NCBI RefSeq assembly: GCF_009834535.1
Contig: NC_045697.1
Span: 1,924,001-1,988,000 of the forward strand
Reading direction: 5' to 3'
DNA from: Camelus ferus
Taxonomy: Eukaryota
Length of the DNA: 64,000 nucleotides
The position numbers were made by a program, and so were the translations under genes. Position 1 is the stretch's first letter, and each line of letters opens with the position of its first letter. The notes below the pieces were generated by a model. It was given only the letters and a program-made list of their open reading frames with translations. It was not told where the DNA came from and searched no databases. Below, in pieces: positions 56,653 through 64,000 of the stretch.

Positions 56653-57655
56653 GTGAGAACGGAGCCGCTGTCCACGTCCTGCTTGCGCCCTGAGTGTGCT
56701 CGGGCCACCCTTGGGGCTCTGTGGGACGCACAGCCCCAGACCCCGCCCCCGGGGCTTCAGAGTCCTGGGCTCCAGGGCCAGCCCAGGCACGCGTCCGTCT
56801 GCTAAAGACGAGGGCAGTGCCGGCTGTGCGGTGTCGGGAGGGGCGCACGGACACCTGGAGAACTGGGCGTGGGGCCCGGTCAGTAACACCTATCTGCCAG
56901 ACCCTGCTGCTTTTGTACAGAGGAGCCCCAGGCTCACTCATGTGACCAGCAGGGCTGCGGGGGGGTGGCACACACAGCCTTTTGGCCACGTTAAAATGGC
57001 TCAGGAGGTGTCTTCGGTGGACAAACTTAAACAATAAACAAAATCATATTTGAGAGCTTATGATGATGGCCTGCCCCCCACACGTGTGCCCTTGTGTCTG
57101 GACTGGCCCAGCTCACAGTCCTGCACGGCAGGCTGGGTGCCTTATCAGGCTAGACCTCGACCAGGGGCCTGAGTGTTGCCCCAGGCCTCTTGGTCCAGGG
57201 GACACTGTGTGTCTGTGGCCCTGGGGAAGCCAGGTCTGCTCCGCTCACCCTGTCAGCCCTGGCCAGCTCCGTCAGCAGAGTTCACAAGAGTGCACGCAAC
57301 AGAACGTAGTCCGTGGTGCTCCAGCCAGGCCAGGTGTCCTGAAAGCTAAGCACAGGGTCTGTTTCCATGTGGGACTGTAGAAGGGGCGTGTGCGCTCAAG
57401 CCCCTGCCCATGTGGAGCCTACACTCCAGCGCTTGCTGGCAGCGTTTGGCCTGACCACTCTCCAGATACTCAGGGGCAGACTCTGGGTTGACAGAAGCTA
57501 ACTTTCAGTCGTGGGTGTTGTCCAGAGCAGCAGCCTCGCCCACGCTGTCAACAGCTGGTCTCTGCAGGCAGGTGGATCCCAGCACACCCGAAGGAGGCGT
57601 GGGCCAGTTTCTGGGTCACTTCCAGTGCTTTGCAGTCATACGTAACTCTTCTGCA

Positions 57656-57847
57656 CAGTCGTTTCTCAGAATCCACGGGGGTTGGTCCTGGGCCCCCCAC
57701 AAATGCCACAATCCGCCAGCGCGCAGGCCCTTATATAAAGCGGTGCAGCGCCATCCACCCTCTGAGTCCGCGGGTCCGCATTCACGGAGTCAGCCAGCCA
57801 CCGATGGAGATTCCGACGTGGAACCCGCAGATACAGAGGGCCAACTG
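57656..57847. mobile_element. MER2/Tigger-family MITE relic
   Basis: cagtcgtttctcagaatccacgggggttggtcctgg...cccttatataaa...ggaacccgcagatacagagggccaactg with cagt...actg termini. Confidence 0.7.
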
Positions 57848-58286
57848 CTTGTGCTAATGGGACGGTGGCTTGAGTAGCATGATGGCTCCCCCCCAACCTA
57901 GAAGGACACTGCTCGAGGGGTGAACCCTAGGGGGTGTTGAGGGATGTGGGCAGGAGGGCACCCAGGGCCAGGTCGGTAAGAGGAAGGCTCCTAACACAGT
58001 GCCGTGGCGTCAAAATGAGACACCGAGAAGTTCTGGGAGTTCATGGATGGGGGAGAACAAACCCTAACAGGGGCGGGTCCTGTGACATCACTGCCCAGAC
58101 CAGTTCTGCCGGTTACTACAGGATCCCTTTTTGGGTGGGAAGCCCGAGCCCTAGCCCTGCTTCCATCCTCGTGTCACTGGAGTGGGGGTCAGTGGAGGAG
58201 GCAGTGCCGTCTTGCCCCCCCCCCCCCCCGTCAGTGTCGGAGGAGACCTGCTGTGGCCCTGCTGCTGGAAGCCTGTGAAGCGGTAG

Positions 58287-59591
<1,305 letters not shown>

Positions 59592-59805
59592 CCTTCCCCA
59601 CGTGGTCAGCAGAATGGGCAAGCTGGAGCGGGTGGACGTGAACCTTTTCTGCCTGGTGGCCGCAGACTTCTACAGACACCAGATAGAGGAGGAGCTGGAC
59701 CGCAGGGCCTTCCAGTCTGTGTTTGAGGTGGTGGCGGCTCCAGGAAACCCATATCAGCGACTGCTGACTTGTTTGCAGAATGTCCACAAGGTTGCCACGC
59801 ACTGA
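59592..59805 (+). CDS. HTT: HTT exon 67 coding part (214 nt) [70 protein letters not shown]
   Basis: ctccag|C ... TGA at 59803-59805; huntingtin C-terminus. Confidence 0.96.
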
Positions 59806-60360
59806 GTGCCCACGGAGTGGCCGCAGGGTGGCGCCAGGACCTCGGGGACCTGTCTGCACTGGGTGGCTTGGCGCCGTGCGCTTCCCTCTGCCACCCAGGG
59901 CGCTGGGCCGCGCCCGCCCTGCCAGGGCCGTGAGGCCGTGTGCGGGTACACGTGCAGTGATCTTTGGGGTCGAGCCTGAGTCCTCACAGGAGCAAGAGCA
60001 GCCGTGTTGCTAACCCTTCACGCTAGAGCTAGTGTCAGACGCCAGTTAACCGGGTGTTTACCCTCCTCCTAGTGTTCAGCCTGCCCGTGTCGCCAGGTTG
60101 CAGCTGCTCCTGCCTCTGCTCAGAGTCCTGGCGGGCTGGCCCTTGGCCCCTCTGCTGTCCCGCAGGCGGGAGGTGATGCCATCGGGCTTTTGAGAGCCTC
60201 TCCTTGTGCCCCCCAGCAAGGCCGGGGGCTGGGGTCTTGGCGCTCCGGCGTCTGGACTTGACGCCATGGTGTGGGCCAGGTGGGCGGCTGGGAGCGCGAC
60301 ACCCCTTGCCGTACCTCCCTGTCTCCGTTTTCTTCTCAGGATTTAAAATTTAATTATATC

Positions 60361-60366
60361 AGTAAA
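60361..60366 (+). promoter_or_regulatory. Proximal poly(A) signal AGTAAA (short HTT mRNA)
   Basis: Variant hexamer in an AU-rich island ~560 nt after the stop; same context (TTATATCAGTAAAGAGATTAATTTTAA) as the human proximal site. Confidence 0.8.
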
Positions 60367-63300
60367 GAGATTAATTTTAAGGTAACTTTCTATGCCCGTG
60401 TACCATCTGTGCGTTGCCAAGTCTGCCGGGTGCTGCAGCCTCTGCGGAGGTGGACAGGGCGGTCCCTCCACAAGATGAGCCGCGCTCTGCCCGGCAGGTC
60501 CTCTCACCGCTCCCTTTATGCACTCACGTGTAATTAGAACTTAGACAAGGGCCAGCGTGCAGAGGTCCGGATCAGGAGTCCCACCCCGCCCCACTACGGG
60601 TTGAGAAGGTGCCCGCTCGGCTTTCCTGTGCGTGGGCAGCACCCCTCCATGCCCACCCGCAGCTCCAAGGCGTGGACAGCTCTCAAGTTTCACCCACCAG
60701 TAAGGGACAGCTTCCCTTAGCTGACCAGCCAGGTCGCCTAGCTTTGAGCAGCCTGTTGGATCCAGAGACGCTGTCGTCCCCCGGCTCCTGTCCCCAGCTG
60801 GCTTGGGCTGTGGTCTCCCCAGGGGCTGCCCAGCTGGGGTTGGGATTCACATCCCACGTGTCCCCTCCTGCATGTCGGGGCCTAGGCGCACGCCTGGCCC
60901 AGCCGCCCCAAGGGTATAACCAGGCTATATCTGCCCCTCATGGTCCAGAGCAAAGAGACCCCAGCACCTCCCGGGCCCCCTTTCCAGCTCAGCCTGTATG
61001 CCACGGCCTCCTCTCAGTGCAGCAGAGTGCAGATCTGTGCCCACTGGATGAGTGGCAGGCTCACCTGGAAAGGGCAGGAATGATCCCAGAGCTGCCCCTT
61101 TGGCCCCAGCCCGGCCCCTGGGCCAGCAGTTTCGGGGCCCAGAGCAGCCAAATCACCAAATGCAGATGCAGCCCAGACAGTCAGGTGACCCGGTGACCCA
61201 GCGCAGGGGCTGGGGGAGTGCTTGGGAGCAGGGCTCTTCAGGTCCCCAGAGGCGGGCCGGTTGTTGGTCGCCATTGTGCTGGTCAGTTTGGTCAAGAGCT
61301 CAAGTGCAGCCAGGTTTTGGGTATTTCACTGGTGAGGGAGGTGATTCCAAAGCCATTTTCCAGGGTCTGCGAAGGGGAGGAGCCCTCTGGTGTGTGGTTA
61401 ACTACCCTCCCGTCTGTCTGTGCATCCCCATGTCTCACTGCAGCGCATGCAGCCAGCTGCCCCCACCCGCCCCTTCCCCACTGCCACTGCTCGAGGCCAG
61501 CTGGGCTGCAGAGTGTATGCGTGAGGGTGGCTGCAGGGGCCCCTCCTCAGAGCAGCCTTTCCTCCCCCGGCCCCCAACGGACGCCTCACCCAGCCAGGGC
61601 ACGAGCTGCAGAAACAGCTTGCGTGTCGGGCAGGACCGTGGAGGAGGGACTGCGGCTTTGAACAAGAAGCGAGAGGATCAGCCACCGTCTCCCTTTTCAT
61701 CTGGCCCTGGTGGTCATCCGGCCTTTCCCATAGCAAGCCCACTAGGACGTTCATGAACATGGAGAGCTCCAGAATGGCTGCCTCGCCGCACGCGTTGTTT
61801 CAGCAGCTGGGAGAGGGGCGCGGGTGTTGTGTCCTCTTAGACGTTTGCACTTGTTGCAGTCACACTGCGAATGGAAGATCCGGCCTGTCTTGAGGAAGCC
61901 TGACCCTGGGCTCAGCTGGGCCTAACTGGTTGTCCCCTCTTTACCACGTGAACTGAAACCATCAGTTCTTCACCTGGAGGCTTGGGGCCCCGCGCTGGCC
62001 ATAGGTGCCAACCCAGAGGCTTGCCAGTGTGCTCCCAAAACGGGTGTGGGTCTTTGAATGGGATCACTGCCAGTGGGTGCGTGCCTGTGATGGCACGTGT
62101 ATCTCCAGGCACAAGTGCACAAGGCTTCTAGGAGTGGCTGGTCCGGTTTTTGTAGAAGCTGACTATCCCTTGACCTGCCTCGTGGAGTCGGCTCCCTGGC
62201 TAAGATGTCTCGGGAGTGGGTCATCGCTCATTAAACCCCACTGAGAGAGCAGTCCACACGGTCAGCCCTCCGCAAGAGGGGTTAAGACTGCATCACGCTC
62301 CCCTAGAAGTTTACAGCGAGCACAAATCGTGTTCCCAATCCAAAGTTTGTTGAAAATATCATTAATTTACCATCAGGTTTTTGTTTTCTTCGGGGGAAGG
62401 AGTGTGTTTTTGGTTTCCTGCTGGCAACATCAGCAGGAAGAGTTTGAGCAAAACCAGGGTAGAGTCGGTTGGCAGTGCACCTGCACGCGTCTTCTCAGAA
62501 ACGTGCCTCCTCCCGCCGCGACCCCTCCGAGCTGTGCTGGGCCTTTCCAGCTGCCAAGTGCCCTTTACTGCTGTCCTCTCCCACTGTTGCCAGCACACGT
62601 GTCCCTCCAGGAGGAGAGAACTGCACTGAGACACCTCCAGACACCCAGAATGTAGCATCAGAGGAGGCCCTGCGCCCTGACGGACCCTTCACCACACAGG
62701 CCCCTTCACGGCGTCTTTTGCAAGCCCTCAGGGCCGTGGGGAGCTTAGACGAGCCCCAGTATTGGCTCAGGCAGGACAGACCCGAAACAGCTCTCAGGGA
62801 GACTTCCTCGGGGCTGGGTCCCGTGTGCTGGTCCTGTGTGGTTGGCGGGAGTGGATGTCGTGTCTTCTTGATACCGTGAGCATCTATTCCTGGCTCGTGT
62901 CCTGTGCTCTGTGGTGAGTGCCCAAAACTGCAGCCACTGGCCAGGGAGACTCCTGGAGGTTCTGTCTGCTGGAGCGATGGGTGGGGGTGGGGGTGGGGGC
63001 GCCACCTCAAAAGCCGCCGATGCTTGCTGGAGACCACAGGGGTGGCCATGTGAGAAGGGGGCCACCCCCGCTGCCTGGGCACAGGCTCAGCAGGAAGGGG
63101 CCCCTAGGTGGTGGTGACAACCAAAGGTGGCCTGGAAGGTTCGGGGACACTTCCCGTGCGCCTGTCACTTTTTAGTGCAGTTGAAGGAACTTCTTTCCCC
63201 TAAGTGCTTCTGGGACAACCTGGCCCTGGACAGTCAGTGCAGAGTTTCCCGTTGCAAACTGAGTGACCAGTGGCCCCTGCCGCGGGTGGTTTGTCTGTGA

Positions 63301-63553
63301 GCCAAGCAGGGCCACCTGTCCCTACTCGCTGCCTCACACCGTGTGGAGCAGCTGTCGGCAGGGCTTGAGCTCACGCGGCACTGTCCCTTCCTGTCCCCAC
63401 TGTCCCCACCATCCCCCCTGCGCTGGGAGCCGGCAGGGCTGTGATGGGTGCACCCCGGAGCCTGGCCCAGACCTGTTTCTGAGAGGAGAGGGGAGGATTG
63501 ACATGAGATGTGTATTTTAATTTTTTAAACTTCTGCAAACATTGTACATCCAA

Positions 63554-63559
63554 ATTAAA
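63554..63559 (+). promoter_or_regulatory. Distal poly(A) signal ATTAAA (long HTT mRNA)
   Basis: ATTAAA preceded by TGTA (CFIm motif, 63543-63546) and a U-rich tract; ~3.75 kb after the stop, like the human long isoform. Confidence 0.82.
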
Positions 63560-64000
63560 GGAAAAGAATTTAACTGTGAATTGCCGTGTGAGGCCTGCTT
63601 TGCTTACGGACAACCTCGACCCTCCTGAGGAGGAGGCAGGAGCTGCTGCCTCATCCGCACGAGCCCACCGCCCTTTCTGTGCCGGACTGGGGGCCAGCTG
63701 GTGCTTCCTGTGACGGCCCCGGACCACAGCGCAGCCACCCTTCTGCCCAGCACACAAGGCTGGAAAGCTGCGGTGGTTCCGTGACGGAGTCTCCACGGGG
63801 CTGTGTGGTTTCCACCCTGAATCTCGGCCTCCGCGTTTGGCCCAGGGCCCTGGAGGGGTGTTTGGGGCTGGCATAGGTCCTGGGGAGGCTCGCACAGGGA
63901 CCACCACCTGGCTTTTGAGCCCCCTTCATGGCCCGTCTGGCCCTGTCCAGCTCATGGCCCCCGTGCCCTGGGCTCCAGTGTGGTGGTGCTGCCCCAGACA

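Larger units (their letters stand above)
59806..63580 (+). other. HTT: HTT 3' UTR (short isoform ends ~60385, long isoform ~63580)
   Basis: Follows the stop codon. Blocks at ~60320-60400, ~62340-62690 and ~63505-63565 resemble the human HTT 3' UTR as I recall it. Cleavage sites are approximate. Confidence 0.8.

Noticed and set aside
57731..57740. TATATAAA TATA-box-like motif in intron 64
   Set aside because: Part of the MER2/Tigger-like relic; no other promoter evidence.

Overview
Mammalian genomic DNA, GC- and CpG-rich. It is almost certainly camelid, based on a Vic-1-like tRNA-derived SINE and camelid-type L1 3' ends. The window holds the 3' ~60% of the huntingtin gene (HTT) on the + strand: 40 coding exons, equivalent to human exons 28-67 when numbered back from the last exon. 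They join in one open frame with compatible splice phases (5,795 coding nt, ~1,931 aa, stop TGA at 59803-59805). The last intron (66) is a minor-spliceosome U12-type GT-AG intron. The 3' UTR has proximal (AGTAAA) and distal (ATTAAA) poly(A) signals. Introns carry L1, L2, MIR, SINE and DNA-transposon relics plus microsatellites. Nearly all other ORFs in the supplied track are GC-rich noise. I see no evidence of a wholly new multi-gene system. The best leads are: a nested U2-type donor/acceptor pair inside the U12 intron; an exon-like cassette around the proximal poly(A) signal; loss of the C-terminal cysteine; a triple ERR/NR5A motif cluster; a rare GAG acceptor competing with a poison TAG; and patchy GC-biased substitution. 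All comparisons to human HTT and to repeat consensi are from memory and need alignment to confirm.
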